A DNA stretch of 64,000 bases from IMG/VR virus record IMGVR_UViG_3300044655_001596, positions 1 through 64,000 of that record; one strand, given 5' to 3'. The position numbers and the translations under genes were made by a program. This document shows, one piece after another, positions 47,684-57,111 of the stretch. The notes under the pieces are model-generated. The model was not told the origin of the DNA. It searched no databases and saw nothing but the letters and a program-made list of their open reading frames with translations. Origin of the DNA: a virus. The first letter of the stretch is position 1; the number at the start of each line of letters is the position of its first letter.

Positions 47684-49254
47684 CCTTTTTTCCGACGTCC
47701 CAACGTCTTTTCGTCAAAGTCGGGCTGTGTGGCTTTCCTTGATGCTTTGGCGCCTGGGCCAGTCAATCTAGGCTCCTTGCCCACCTGATTCAAATCATCA
47801 GTATCGAGTTTTGCTGGCTCTGCTTGACCTGCTGGCATGTTGCCGGGCTCGGTGATATCTTCCCCGCCGGGTGAAAACTCCACACTCATTTTACCCTTGA
47901 TTTCACCTGCTGAACCCTTGGTCTTGAGCTTGACCTGACCGCTGATCTTGGCTGGCCAAAATGCTTCGGTTACCAGTCGGTCGCCTTTGACTTTGCTGTA
48001 TAGTTGCACAAAGTTGTAGCCTAAACTTTCAATCAAGGCCGCTCGCAATTCTGGCACAGCACGATCAGTGTTTACAGCTCGCATCACATCGCTAATGGTA
48101 GCATACCATGCTTTGCCGCCATCAGTTGCAGTGCCGTCTTTGACTTTGTCACTGAGTTGCTGGTTGAACTGTCTCATCACACTAGCAGGTAAAGATTGGC
48201 CAGTTTTAAAACTTCTTTCGTATTCGGCGACCGAGTCTGGTGTAAACGGAATCAAAGGATGATAGGCCTTGGGAACCTTGTTGGAATTCAACATGTATAG
48301 ATAGTTCATCATGGCAAATGGCTGAGTAAACTGTCCCAATGTGTCATCTTGTGCAATATCCAAGAATTCGGCAGCATCGGGGTATTTTTCTCTGACTTCG
48401 TTGGGTAACTTCATGCTGCCTAAACTGGGCGGAGCACCTGTTCCCGCGGCCTTACTGGAAATCTTAATCGCATGACCGTTTTCGTCATTAACCACACTAA
48501 AACTGTCGGCCAAGGGATTGTTGCTGGCCTTGGGAAAGTACATGATCAAGTCATCAAAATTAGCGCCCACAAATTCTTCAAACTCTTGCTTACTACCACG
48601 AATAAACGGAACAGTACCGCGAACCAGTCCTAACGCACCAAGATACTCGCTGGCGTACAACTCAATTGCTTTGATTTCATCCTTTGATAGATTGGACGGA
48701 AACATCGGAATCTGTCCGTCATTGACCTGTCGAGCCATGTATATCACAGCATCACCAACCTTGCCTAGCTTTTGTAAATCTGGATTGTTGGCCAAGCGAT
48801 CATACATTTCTGCTGCTGGGAAACCACCAGCCTGTAGCACAGTGTTCATGCTGTTGCCAAAGTCTTGAATTTCAATGTCTGTTGTGTTGAACACCTGACT
48901 GGGTTTGATGCTGATGTTTTCTGCTTCTTTGCTGCCAAACTCCACGGTTTTCAACAGCTCGGTATTTTTGACTGTGCCACCATCCTTGGTGTTCATGGTT
49001 ATGGTTTTTTTTGGGCCAGTTGCAATCCAAGCTGCTACACTATTGACTTCTGAAGGATCCACAATGACTTCGCCGCCACTGACCAAGGTAAATGGTGAAC
49101 CAGTTTGAACCTTGTGCAAAAATAGATCACCTCTAGAAAAAGGCTTCTTTGTAGCAGGATTGATCACTGAACTCATCTTGTTTGGAGGGATTTCACTGGC
49201 AGCCAAGTTGGCTTCAGTCAGTACATTGTCGAGTAAATTGAGTAGGTCACGCAT
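47680..49254 (-). CDS. putative head-packaged protein with restriction endonuclease-like motif
   Basis: [15 protein letters not shown] leader; [16 protein letters not shown] resembles PD-(D/E)XK. Confidence 0.5.
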   Translation of the reverse strand: MRDLLNLLDNVLTEANLAASEIPPNKMSSVINPATKKPFSRGDLFLHKVQTGSPFTLVSGGEVIVDPSEVNSVAAWIATGPKKTITMNTKDGGTVKNTELLKTVEFGSKEAENISIKPSQVFNTTDIEIQDFGNSMNTVLQAGGFPAAEMYDRLANNPDLQKLGKVGDAVIYMARQVNDGQIPMFPSNLSKDEIKAIELYASEYLGALGLVRGTVPFIRGSKQEFEEFVGANFDDLIMYFPKASNNPLADSFSVVNDENGHAIKISSKAAGTGAPPSLGSMKLPNEVREKYPDAAEFLDIAQDDTLGQFTQPFAMMNYLYMLNSNKVPKAYHPLIPFTPDSVAEYERSFKTGQSLPASVMRQFNQQLSDKVKDGTATDGGKAWYATISDVMRAVNTDRAVPELRAALIESLGYNFVQLYSKVKGDRLVTEAFWPAKISGQVKLKTKGSAGEIKGKMSVEFSPGGEDITEPGNMPAGQAEPAKLDTDDLNQVGKEPRLTGPGAKASRKATQPDFDEKTLGRRKKG

Positions 49255-49305
49255 TGCTATTTTCCAAGAATAATGTTATACTTATGCTTTGAACAAGGAG
49301 ACCCC

Positions 49306-49899
49306 ATGCCAAATCTAGTACCAATTGTGCTTGAACAAACCGCCAAAGGCGAACGCAGTTATGATATCTACAGCCGATTGCTCAAAGACCGTGTGATCAT
49401 GCTGGACACAGAAGTATCGGAACACACAGCCAGTTTGCTGGTAGCACAGATGCTGTTTTTGGAGAGTGAAAACCCTGACAAAGATATCTCCCTATATATC
49501 AATTCGCCAGGCGGATCGGTCACAGCAGGCATGGCCATCTATGACACCATGCAGTTTATCAAGTGTGATGTGCAGACCATTGTGATGGGTCAGGCCTGTA
49601 GTATGGGAAGTCTGCTAAGTACAGCAGGAGCCGCAGGCAAGCGCACGATCCTGCCCAATGCCCGACACATGATTCACCAACCATCAGGTGGTGCTCGTGG
49701 GCAAGCTACAGACATCCAAATCCAAGCACGAGAAATCCAAAAGATGAAAGAGTATCTCACCACAATCTATGTCAAGCACAACTCAGCAGGTAAAACCTAT
49801 GATGAATTTGCTCGTGACATGGAACGTGATTTCTTTATGAGTGCTCAAGAAGCCTTGGACTATGGACTAGTAGATAAAATTATCAACAAACGAGAATGA
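49306..49899 (+). CDS. clpP: ATP-dependent Clp protease proteolytic subunit
   Basis: [38 protein letters not shown]. Confidence 0.96.
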   Translation: MPNLVPIVLEQTAKGERSYDIYSRLLKDRVIMLDTEVSEHTASLLVAQMLFLESENPDKDISLYINSPGGSVTAGMAIYDTMQFIKCDVQTIVMGQACSMGSLLSTAGAAGKRTILPNARHMIHQPSGGARGQATDIQIQAREIQKMKEYLTTIYVKHNSAGKTYDEFARDMERDFFMSAQEALDYGLVDKIINKRE

Positions 49900-51170
49900 G
49901 TTTAAAAGAAACGTTTTGTTCCAGCCCCTGGTTCCACATGAGAATCAACAATGCTGGACATTATGAATACTGTCGTTGGGCCACAAAAGATCAACACGAT
50001 CCTGCCAATAACATTTATGATGTAACGCCAGTTGAGTTTTTTCAGCAACACATGATTCCAATCAGGCAACAGTTACTCAACGGAGAGTCTCCGGCAGGGT
50101 GTTTGGAATGCACACACATGGAACAGCATGGCAAGATCAGCGGCCGGCAGAAACAACTACTCAAGACAGGCGTACGACTAGAGCAGTTTGAAAAAACACT
50201 GGCGTCCGGTCCTTGGATGACTGAATTTGCTCAACATGGCACAACGTCTCAAATGCCACAAGATTGGCAAATAGATCTTGGCAACTATTGCAACAGTGCC
50301 TGTATTTTTTGTACCCCGCGCTGGAGTTCTCGGCTTGCTACAGAATTTAAAAAAATAGGCATTGTTGACTCAATGCCTCCGCCAAACTGGACTGACAATC
50401 CTGCTTTGGTGCAAGAATTAATAGATGCACTGATTGCAAGCCCAAACATACAATACCTACATTTCATTGGTGGTGAAACACTGATTACTCCTGCATTCAA
50501 AATCATTCTTGAAGCACTGATCCAAGCCGGGTTGCATCAGAGTGCTACCATTGGCCTAACCACAAATTTGAGTGTGTGGCGAGATGATGTTGTTGAGCTA
50601 CTAAAACAATTTCAAGGAGTAAACCTTGGAATGAGTGTGGAAAGTTTCAAGATCATCAACGACTATGTGAGATATCCTGTGTGTTTGCCAACTGTGTTTG
50701 AAAATTTAGATCGATGGATCAAAATTGGCAAGCAACAAAACTGGTGGTTGCAATTTAGAATCACACCCACTGCACTCACAGTTGGGCACATGTTGGGTGT
50801 TTACCAATATGCCTGGCATCATAACATTGCTGTGGAAAGTTGTGATTTTTTTAATGAACCTAAATTTCTACGTCCGGCAGTGTTGCCCGGGGAATACAGA
50901 CAACGCATCATCGCAGAGCTACAGACCTGGATTGATCATCATCCTGTTGATGACGGTGTTGTGTTGAATATTCGAAACCCCAATGTTGCTCGACAACAGA
51001 TTGTGCAAGATCTGCAGAGTTATGTAAATTACTTGAAATCAGAACCAGACCAAAGTTGGAGATTGCCCGACTTGGTTGAATATTTAAAACGACTAGAATC
51101 AAGTAGAAGCAATAGTGTGCTGACTTACCTACCGGAATATGAAGAACTTTTTAGATCTGCTGGCTACTGA
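49896..51170 (+). CDS. radical SAM protein with N-terminal twitch/SPASM-like domain
   Basis: CNSACIFC; FCSSPW..C; GGET. Confidence 0.85.
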   Translation: MSLKETFCSSPWFHMRINNAGHYEYCRWATKDQHDPANNIYDVTPVEFFQQHMIPIRQQLLNGESPAGCLECTHMEQHGKISGRQKQLLKTGVRLEQFEKTLASGPWMTEFAQHGTTSQMPQDWQIDLGNYCNSACIFCTPRWSSRLATEFKKIGIVDSMPPPNWTDNPALVQELIDALIASPNIQYLHFIGGETLITPAFKIILEALIQAGLHQSATIGLTTNLSVWRDDVVELLKQFQGVNLGMSVESFKIINDYVRYPVCLPTVFENLDRWIKIGKQQNWWLQFRITPTALTVGHMLGVYQYAWHHNIAVESCDFFNEPKFLRPAVLPGEYRQRIIAELQTWIDHHPVDDGVVLNIRNPNVARQQIVQDLQSYVNYLKSEPDQSWRLPDLVEYLKRLESSRSNSVLTYLPEYEELFRSAGY

Positions 51171-51393
51171 GTTACAATTAGAGATTGTCACAGACGGCAA
51201 GATCACTCATGCTGGCCTGCATGACCCGTTGATTTTTAATACAACCAAGTGCAATACTGTTATTGTTGACGGTATTGAAATACTGCCCAAATATCAAGAC
51301 TTGGTCAACAACAAGGTTTTGATAATTCGTGAACCATTTTATCAATGGTATCACCGAGTATCAGGGCAAGGTTGGTTGCTGACCCCGCACTAG
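51139..51393 (+). CDS. hypothetical protein
   Basis: PFYQWYH..SGQGWLL. Confidence 0.6.
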   Translation: MKNFLDLLATELQLEIVTDGKITHAGLHDPLIFNTTKCNTVIVDGIEILPKYQDLVNNKVLIIREPFYQWYHRVSGQGWLLTPH

Positions 51394-51452
51394 GGATGAA
51401 CTTCCCAGCCTTCTCGAGCCCAACGATACAGCATTAATAGGTCTGCAATCAT
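51390..51452 (-). CDS. putative 20-aa micro-peptide
   Basis: ATGA-coupled to upstream micro-ORF: MIADLLMLYRWAREGWEVHP. Confidence 0.3.
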   Translation of the reverse strand: MIADLLMLYRWAREGWEVHP

Positions 51453-51568
51453 TTTAAGTACAAGGCCTTGGCTTCGATTATTCTTCCTTGTCTAGCCAGT
51501 ACTGAGGCTGCACGGGCTTGACCCATGGCTTCAAAAAATTTCCAAAATCCCTGTAGAACTTGTTTCAT
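51449..51568 (-). CDS. 39-aa micro-protein
   Basis: GGAGG RBS, ATGA overlap: MKQVLQGFWKFFEAMGQARAASVLARQGR.. Confidence 0.6.
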   Translation of the reverse strand: MKQVLQGFWKFFEAMGQARAASVLARQGRIIEAKALYLK

Positions 51569-51726
51569 ACGTAACCTCCAGATTGTTTTTGATAATACTG
51601 ACGTTCAAAGTACTCAACGTCGGCTGTGGACTTGGGGTAATGGCTGGAGATGTAACGTTCTAAACGGGATTGGTAATCCTGTCGAGGAAACATCTCGGCC
51701 AATCTTTTTAAGATTTCTGCTAACAT
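51565..51726 (-). CDS. 53-aa protein, DUF3563-like
   Basis: AAGGAG RBS, late TAAATA; LERYI..P.STADVE..ER. Confidence 0.6.
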   Translation of the reverse strand: MLAEILKRLAEMFPRQDYQSRLERYISSHYPKSTADVEYFERQYYQKQSGGYV

Positions 51727-51798
51727 GATATTGTCTCCTTCTCAGTATTTACCACTAGTGGTTTCTACTTATATTATATTATTATCACAATCGCTAGG

Positions 51799-51827
51799 TT
51801 GACCAATAATTTGCCTTTTGCTATAAT
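51799..51827 (+). promoter_or_regulatory. phage early promoter (leaderless)
   Basis: GGTTGACC-N17-TATAAT, ATG 6 nt later. Confidence 0.78.
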
Positions 51828-51833
51828 ACTTAT

Positions 51834-52259
51834 ATGCTTTATTTTGCCTATGGAATGAACACCAACACACAAGGAATGGCCACTCGCTGTCCGGGTGCCG
51901 TGGCGTTTGGCCGTGCTCGTTTGTTGGGACACCGGTTTCGATTTGCAGGACCAGCTGATGTACAAGTTGACCGCAGAGATTTTGTAGACGGTGTGCTGTG
52001 GGATATCACGGAAGATTGCCTAAAATCCCTGGACCTGCTGGAAGGCTATCCCTACTATTACGACCGCAAGTGGGCCACAGTGGAGCATGATCAGGGCGAA
52101 TATCCTGCTCTTGTTTACTACATGCAACCAGGCAATCGCAATCATGCCCCAGGTTCGGGCTATTTTAACATGGTTTTAGAGGGCTACAAGGAGTTTGGAG
52201 TTCCTACTAAGCAACTCTGGGAAAATGTAACCCAAAGTACTACCTTTTTACCCTACTAA
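51834..52259 (+). CDS. gamma-glutamylcyclotransferase (AIG2/GGCT-like)
   Basis: LYFAYGMN, V.GVLW.I, LDLLEGYP..Y. Confidence 0.88.
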   Translation: MLYFAYGMNTNTQGMATRCPGAVAFGRARLLGHRFRFAGPADVQVDRRDFVDGVLWDITEDCLKSLDLLEGYPYYYDRKWATVEHDQGEYPALVYYMQPGNRNHAPGSGYFNMVLEGYKEFGVPTKQLWENVTQSTTFLPY

Positions 52260-52306
52260 ACTGTAGGGTTTTTCTGGTTGACCAGAATTACCCGTTTTGC
52301 TATAAT
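52250..52306 (+). promoter_or_regulatory. stem-loop plus early promoter cassette
   Basis: ACCCTAC..GTAGGGTTTTT, then TTGACC-N17-TATAAT; AAGTACTAC at 52235. Confidence 0.75.
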
Positions 52307-52335
52307 ATACACATAGACAGCAAAAAGGAGCCCAA

Positions 52336-52587
52336 ATGCGACACGTACCAGGTTTTAGTAACAGCACCCGAATTCGCTACATTGTCAACGGTTTTGGCAT
52401 GTACGGCACCATCAACGACATCTACACAAAAACAGCCACAGTCACGCATGGTGCGGCTCTGCGCCTGGCAATCCAAAAATTGGCTTACGATCGCCGTCAC
52501 AGTAGTTTTCGGGGAGAGGGTCGCCCAGTGGGCATCGGTATCACCCACGAAGGAATCCAAGTGCAAATTGACTTGATGGCCAACTAA
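52336..52587 (+). CDS. early hypothetical protein
   Basis: AAGGAG RBS. Confidence 0.7.
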   Translation: MRHVPGFSNSTRIRYIVNGFGMYGTINDIYTKTATVTHGAALRLAIQKLAYDRRHSSFRGEGRPVGIGITHEGIQVQIDLMAN

Positions 52588-52633
52588 AAGTACTACTTTT
52601 TTGGTTGACCAGAATTTCCCAATTTGCTATAAT
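52587..52633 (+). promoter_or_regulatory. AAAAGTACTACTTTT site plus early promoter
   Basis: Motif immediately before GGTTGACC-N17-TATAAT. Confidence 0.75.
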
Positions 52634-52663
52634 ATACGCATACAGACACAAAAGGAGCCCACT

Positions 52664-52939
52664 ATGTTTTACATCGTTGCCAAAGGTACTGGACTTATTG
52701 TTACTGACGGTCCCAATCGTAACCGTGCCTACAAAACTTTTGGTGCCGCACGTGCCACCCGCACCCGTCTTTGCAACAAAGCAGGTTGGAGCGTGGCTGA
52801 CTTGAGCATCATCGATACCAAGTACTACCAAGCCCCTAAGATGATTGTCAAGAATCTCATGTCCGGCAAGGATGTTGAGATTGATGCAGACACTCCTTGG
52901 TGTTGCAACCCTGCGTCTGAAACTTATTGGAGCATGTGA
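52664..52939 (+). CDS. early hypothetical protein
   Basis: AAGGAG RBS; C-terminal NLMSG..TPWCCNPASETYWSM. Confidence 0.75.
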   Translation: MFYIVAKGTGLIVTDGPNRNRAYKTFGAARATRTRLCNKAGWSVADLSIIDTKYYQAPKMIVKNLMSGKDVEIDADTPWCCNPASETYWSM

Positions 52940-53085
52940 TGGGTGACGAAAAACAATATTGGACTGTGAGTTGGACCCAGCCTTATACCAGCTGGCCCCG
53001 GCCCCAACCAGAACCTAAATTGGAACCCGAGGTTGAAGATCTTACTATAGCCCGCGAAGTACTGGCAAGGATCATGTCACTATGA
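52939..53085 (+). CDS. small hypothetical protein (48 aa)
   Basis: TGATG/ATGA coupling on both sides. Confidence 0.55.
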   Translation: MGDEKQYWTVSWTQPYTSWPRPQPEPKLEPEVEDLTIAREVLARIMSL

Positions 53086-53429
53086 AATGGTTTGCTGAAA
53101 CAACTGACTGGAAAGACACTGTGCCCAACGGTATCTACTTGCTGGACGATGGCAAGAGCAAGATGTATGCTTTCCGGCCACAGGGCACAGGTGAGATCAA
53201 AGTATTTCGAAACCCAATCCGCATTGATACTCGTGGGCGTAAGTTTGTTATCAACCCTGTGCAGTTCGAAACAAAACTCAAGGAACCTGAACCCGAAGGC
53301 CGTGTGATTGAGGTCAAGGGTAGCAAGGGTGACATCTACCGAGTAACCGATGTCAACGGCAATCTCTCTTGCACTTGTTCGGGATTTCGATTTCGTGGAG
53401 AATGTAAACACATCAAGGAGCTGGCATGA
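53082..53429 (+). CDS. SWIM zinc-finger protein
   Basis: GSKG..Y.V..CTCSGFRFRGECKH. Confidence 0.8.
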   Translation: MKWFAETTDWKDTVPNGIYLLDDGKSKMYAFRPQGTGEIKVFRNPIRIDTRGRKFVINPVQFETKLKEPEPEGRVIEVKGSKGDIYRVTDVNGNLSCTCSGFRFRGECKHIKELA

Positions 53430-53734
53430 AATATCTCGTAGTTTTATTTTTAGCAGTTACCAATGTCTGGGCACAACCACAAGCCCGGCCTGGCCAACAT
53501 GATCTGGCGTTCACGGCACTACCAGCATATCCAGTCAAACGGGTGCAGTGGATTGTGACTGATCGTGTGGACGAAATGTGCCAAGGCTTTGCACCACTCA
53601 CCCAAGGTCGCAAGTACATTGCCTGCACCAAATTCAATGATAGTGTTTGCATAGTGTACACCAGACCCAATCTAACGCTGTCTGAACTGGGACACGAAAT
53701 GCGTCATTGCTTTGAAGGTCATTGGCACCAATGA
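53426..53734 (+). CDS. secreted protein with HExxH motif
   Basis: Signal peptide; LGHEMRHC. Confidence 0.65.
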   Translation: MKYLVVLFLAVTNVWAQPQARPGQHDLAFTALPAYPVKRVQWIVTDRVDEMCQGFAPLTQGRKYIACTKFNDSVCIVYTRPNLTLSELGHEMRHCFEGHWHQ

Positions 53735-53913
53735 AATACCTTATGATTTTATTTTTGTGTGGTACGTCTGTGGCACAGACTGTAACCACTACTACCCAGA
53801 CCATCCGGGAAGAAACAACAATGGTCACAGTGACTCAAAACGGAAGCATAACCACACAACCCAGCGTTCCAATTGTGTATCGTTGCAACGGGCGAACGTG
53901 CGTTAAGCCCTAG
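53731..53913 (+). CDS. small secreted protein
   Basis: Signal-like N-terminus, ATGA overlap. Confidence 0.55.
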   Translation: MKYLMILFLCGTSVAQTVTTTTQTIREETTMVTVTQNGSITTQPSVPIVYRCNGRTCVKP

Positions 53914-53919
53914 TCACAA

Positions 53920-53941
53920 GAAAGCCCCTTTCGGGGCTTTC
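53920..53941. terminator. bidirectional terminator
   Basis: GAAAGCCCC-TTTC-GGGGCTTTC between convergent genes. Confidence 0.8.
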
Positions 53942-53945
53942 ATTT

Positions 53946-54173
53946 TTACGCCTGATCTACGAACTTTTTGAGTTCTTCGGCCTTGACCACAATTTCTGTG
54001 CTGGACGGAAAGTCAGGCAAAGTTGGGAAGGGTAGCGTACCACGATTGGCATCAGTCAACTTAGAGTGATACTCATCAGTCAATGATTGGCGTTTTTGGA
54101 ATACTGGCGTCACGAGGATATCGTTGGCCATTTTGAGAAGTTCGAGACGGAGCTCGTAAGGTGTTTTGCTCAT
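53946..54173 (-). CDS. conserved T4-like phage hypothetical protein
   Basis: PYELRLELLKMA..P...EI..KA..L..FV; AGGAG RBS. Confidence 0.75.
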   Translation of the reverse strand: MSKTPYELRLELLKMANDILVTPVFQKRQSLTDEYHSKLTDANRGTLPFPTLPDFPSSTEIVVKAEELKKFVDQA

Positions 54174-54244
54174 GTTTTTCTCCTGTGTATGTGTGTGTTA
54201 TCAAGTCCCGCCCTATGCAGGACAAGATTGCTACACGAGCAAGT

Positions 54245-54676
54245 TTACTTATAGATGTAATTGACGGTGTCAGAATTTTCGCGGTAGATGCCGGCGCCGT
54301 TCTTTAAATGGAAACGCTTAGCCATCTCGGTCTTGGGACTGAGGGTAACGTAGGTATCAATGTCCGGAAACTCTTGTTTGATTGATTCTTGTGCTCGAAC
54401 AATCAGTTCGCGCCCGGCCCCTGCGGCGTAACTCCAAATTGTGTAAAATACCGCAGTTTTGGCACTCCCGACCAACTCCACCAAGTCATCCACGGCGGCT
54501 GGAATGTTGTCCAAAAACTTCACGCAAGTGATTGCTCGGGTTTGGTCGCCGTCTTTGAGCATGTATATTCTTGAGTTGGAATTCACCCGTTGGTCGGCAG
54601 GTATCTCAGGGCGCACTGGGTCGTCCTTTAGGAGGTTAACAATTTCGTCAGTTATACTTGTGATGGTGTGTAACAT
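54245..54676 (-). CDS. GNAT-fold protein resembling malonyl-CoA decarboxylase C-terminal domain
   Basis: TAVFYTIWS..G.G..LI..P.I.TYVTLSP. Confidence 0.6.
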   Translation of the reverse strand: MLHTITSITDEIVNLLKDDPVRPEIPADQRVNSNSRIYMLKDGDQTRAITCVKFLDNIPAAVDDLVELVGSAKTAVFYTIWSYAAGAGRELIVRAQESIKQEFPDIDTYVTLSPKTEMAKRFHLKNGAGIYRENSDTVNYIYK

Positions 54677-54743
54677 ATTACGCTCTTTATATGCTGTGTA
54701 AACCTATTTATCAAAGGTACGTAGAAAAAGAAAATAGGGCCGT

Positions 54744-55007
54744 TCAGCCCTGATTTTCTTGATACTTTTTCATAGCCAGTACCCGAGCTATCAGTAACCT
54801 TGTCTTCACGTAGTCCGAAAGTTCTTCGTCGTCATCATCTGGTTCAAACTCTGGAACCCGTGGTCTACGTGCTGAACAGGCACAAAGATCTTCGTCATCC
54901 GGGGCCACATACGGATCGTAGTTGGCCAACCGGATGGCTGTAAATCTATGAGGATTACTTCTTAGTAGTTTCGGCTTTGGCGGGAGCTTTGGCTTCGCTT
55001 TTGGCAT
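54744..55007 (-). CDS. hypothetical protein (start uncertain)
   Basis: LSDYVKTRL.IAR..AM C-terminus; 5' overlaps upstream ORF. Confidence 0.45.
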   Translation of the reverse strand: MPKAKPKLPPKPKLLRSNPHRFTAIRLANYDPYVAPDDEDLCACSARRPRVPEFEPDDDDEELSDYVKTRLLIARVLAMKKYQENQG

Positions 55008-55155
55008 CGGCCTTGGCAGGTGTACTGGCTGCAGGAGCAGGGGCAGTGACAGCAGGCTTGGCTTCTACTTTCTTTTCTTCTTTCTTGGGCGCTGGTGCTT
55101 GTGCAAAAGCGGTAACTGCAAAAGCAGTGGCGATGAGTGCGATCAATTGTTTCAT
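54955..55155 (-). CDS. small secreted Ala/Lys/Pro-rich protein
   Basis: AAGGAG RBS; signal peptide AFA; low complexity. Confidence 0.7.
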   Translation of the reverse strand: MKQLIALIATAFAVTAFAQAPAPKKEEKKVEAKPAVTAPAPAASTPAKADAKSEAKAPAKAETTKK

Positions 55156-55237
55156 AGTAATCTCCTTTGATTTGAAACTAGCAAGAATTTCTCTTGCTGT
55201 ATATACAACGCCATAGCCCGCAAATGAGTTGACTTAA

Positions 55238-55255
55238 TTTGGCAATGTTGCCAAA
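55238..55255. promoter_or_regulatory. perfect inverted repeat, candidate operator
   Basis: TTTGGCAA-TG-TTGCCAAA in divergent intergenic region upstream of HTH gene. Confidence 0.5.
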
Positions 55256-55335
55256 ACATGTTGCGATTGTGTTACAACTGTCTTATAATACTTAAATGCT
55301 GTACGCAACGGCTAAACTTAAGAAAGGTAAAAATT

Positions 55336-55602
55336 ATGCGTTTTAATGAAGACACCAAGACTTACAAAGTCTTTTCCGCACTCCAAGCTGGCGAGACATT
55401 GACTCCTGCCCAGGCACAACACCGTTTTGGTGTTAAGAACCTCAGCGCCGAAGTCAGCCGCGTTCGCCAGGCTGGTTTCTGTGTTTACGCCAACAGCCGT
55501 GTTGCTGGTAACGGCGTCAAGGTCACTGAGTATCAAATTGGCAAACCCAGCCGCAAGTTGATTGCCGCTGGTTACAAGGCCATGGCACTTGGTTTGGCTT
55601 AA
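55336..55602 (+). CDS. winged helix-turn-helix protein
   Basis: L..G..LT..QA..RFGV.NL.A.VS..R..G..VY; biased codons. Confidence 0.75.
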   Translation: MRFNEDTKTYKVFSALQAGETLTPAQAQHRFGVKNLSAEVSRVRQAGFCVYANSRVAGNGVKVTEYQIGKPSRKLIAAGYKAMALGLA

Positions 55603-55619
55603 CTCACTGAGTGACATTT

Positions 55620-55645
55620 AAAAAGGCCGGCAACGGCCTTTTTTT
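55620..55645 (+). terminator. Rho-independent terminator
   Basis: AAAAAGGCCG-GCAA-CGGCCTTTTTTT. Confidence 0.85.
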
Positions 55646-55659
55646 GTTTTAAATAGTTT

Positions 55660-56538
55660 ATGATTATTGAAGGCACTTCGCGATGTACACTGGCATGTCC
55701 TGCATGCCCTAGGACATGGTTCTCAGACAAATTTGGTCGACCATTCCCCAAACACGATCTCGACATTGATGCATTTTCTCGGTTTATGGATTGTGAGTCA
55801 GGACGACAAGTTTGTACTTTTTCTTTAAACGGAAATCATGGCGATGTGATATATTGGCCAGAATTGTTTGATTTTTTAGAAACTTTTAAAAACAAAAAAT
55901 TCATCATAAGCACAAACGGAAGCCACCAACGTCCTGAGTTTTGGAAAAAACTATCAACTCATCTAAAAGTTGGAGATACAGTGTTTTTTAGTATTGATGG
56001 TCTTGAGGACACCAATGGTCTCTATAGACGTAATGCAGATTGGCCCAGCATCATGCAGGCTATTGACATCATGCGACACAGTGATGCAACTTTGGTATGG
56101 AAAAGCCTGGTATTTTCCAGCAACCAACACCAACAACAACAAATGGCAGACCTAGCCAATAGTTTCGGCATGAAATTTGTAAGTGATGTTACCAACAGAT
56201 TTGGTGACGAGTCATTGAGACCTAGTGAAAATCTAGTGCTGACTGATCGTAATCCCGATATAACTGTAACCAAAATAGAACCTCGATGCAGCGATCTGGA
56301 GTATGTGAGTGCAGATGGTTATTATTGGCCTTGTTGTATGATATCATCTATGTTTACCTTGCAGAAAACACCTCTTTGGAAACAGCGTGACCAATGGCTT
56401 ATACATAATCAAACTTTGGACCGGGCCCGAGAAACATTAGAAACTTTTAAAAAACTGATGGTAGCAGATCCTCATGTGGTGTGCCAAATGCATTGCAAAG
56501 AAGGGCAAAAAGATTTCTTGTGGACAAGAATGAATTGA
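55660..56538 (+). CDS. radical SAM/SPASM protein
   Basis: CTLACPAC, STNG, FSIDG, ADGYYWPCC, C..HC. Confidence 0.85.
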   Translation: MIIEGTSRCTLACPACPRTWFSDKFGRPFPKHDLDIDAFSRFMDCESGRQVCTFSLNGNHGDVIYWPELFDFLETFKNKKFIISTNGSHQRPEFWKKLSTHLKVGDTVFFSIDGLEDTNGLYRRNADWPSIMQAIDIMRHSDATLVWKSLVFSSNQHQQQQMADLANSFGMKFVSDVTNRFGDESLRPSENLVLTDRNPDITVTKIEPRCSDLEYVSADGYYWPCCMISSMFTLQKTPLWKQRDQWLIHNQTLDRARETLETFKKLMVADPHVVCQMHCKEGQKDFLWTRMN

Positions 56539-56581
56539 CAACTATTTTATAAACTCGCTGTTCTAATCCCAATGGGCACTT

Positions 56582-56639
56582 GAAAACCCCTGCTTACGGC
56601 AGGGTTTTTCTTGACTGAATATTCTAAATCCTGTATAAT
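56582..56639 (+). promoter_or_regulatory. terminator stem-loop plus sigma70 promoter
   Basis: CCCTGC-TTACG-GCAGGG-TTTTT, then TTGACT-N17-TATAAT. Confidence 0.7.
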
Positions 56640-56645
56640 AGTTAC

Positions 56646-57098
56646 ATGCTTAAAAAACTCTTTCAACGCATGGGACGGTACCGTGTAATTATGGACCGTG
56701 TGGAAAACCAACCCTATCTGGAACGCTACTATGTGTTCCTTCGAGATAGAGATCGATTTCCATTCAACATCTTTGTACACAAGTTTCTCAAGAGTGATCC
56801 GGATGATGTACATGATCATCCTTGGCCGTTCTTTACTCTAATCCTCCGAGGTGGCTACTGGGAGTGGACACCGCAATTTGATGCACAAGGTCGCAAGACA
56901 GCCGAAGTTGCCAAATGGTGCGGCCCTGGAAGTTTCCGTTGGGCCAGAGCCCGTCAGTATCACAGAGTGGAACTGGATCCAGATGTGACTTGTTGGACCC
57001 TGTTTTGTCCCGGACCCAAACAACGTGACTGGGGATTCCTGGTCCGGAACAAGTGGGTACAATGGGAACAATACCTGGCACAACGCCGGACATCATGA
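56646..57098 (+). CDS. cupin-fold protein
   Basis: YLERY, HDHPW, ILRGGYWE, HRVEL, WTLF..G.K.RDWGF. Confidence 0.8.
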   Translation: MLKKLFQRMGRYRVIMDRVENQPYLERYYVFLRDRDRFPFNIFVHKFLKSDPDDVHDHPWPFFTLILRGGYWEWTPQFDAQGRKTAEVAKWCGPGSFRWARARQYHRVELDPDVTCWTLFCPGPKQRDWGFLVRNKWVQWEQYLAQRRTS

Positions 57099-57111
57099 AA
57101 GTAAATATATC

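Noticed and set aside
23584-49899. Bacterial chromosomal contamination or prophage flank (porin, clp, pstS, desaturase)
   Set aside because: Host-like genes are isolated from their usual operon partners, interleaved with phage ORFs and preceded by the same phage promoter motifs.
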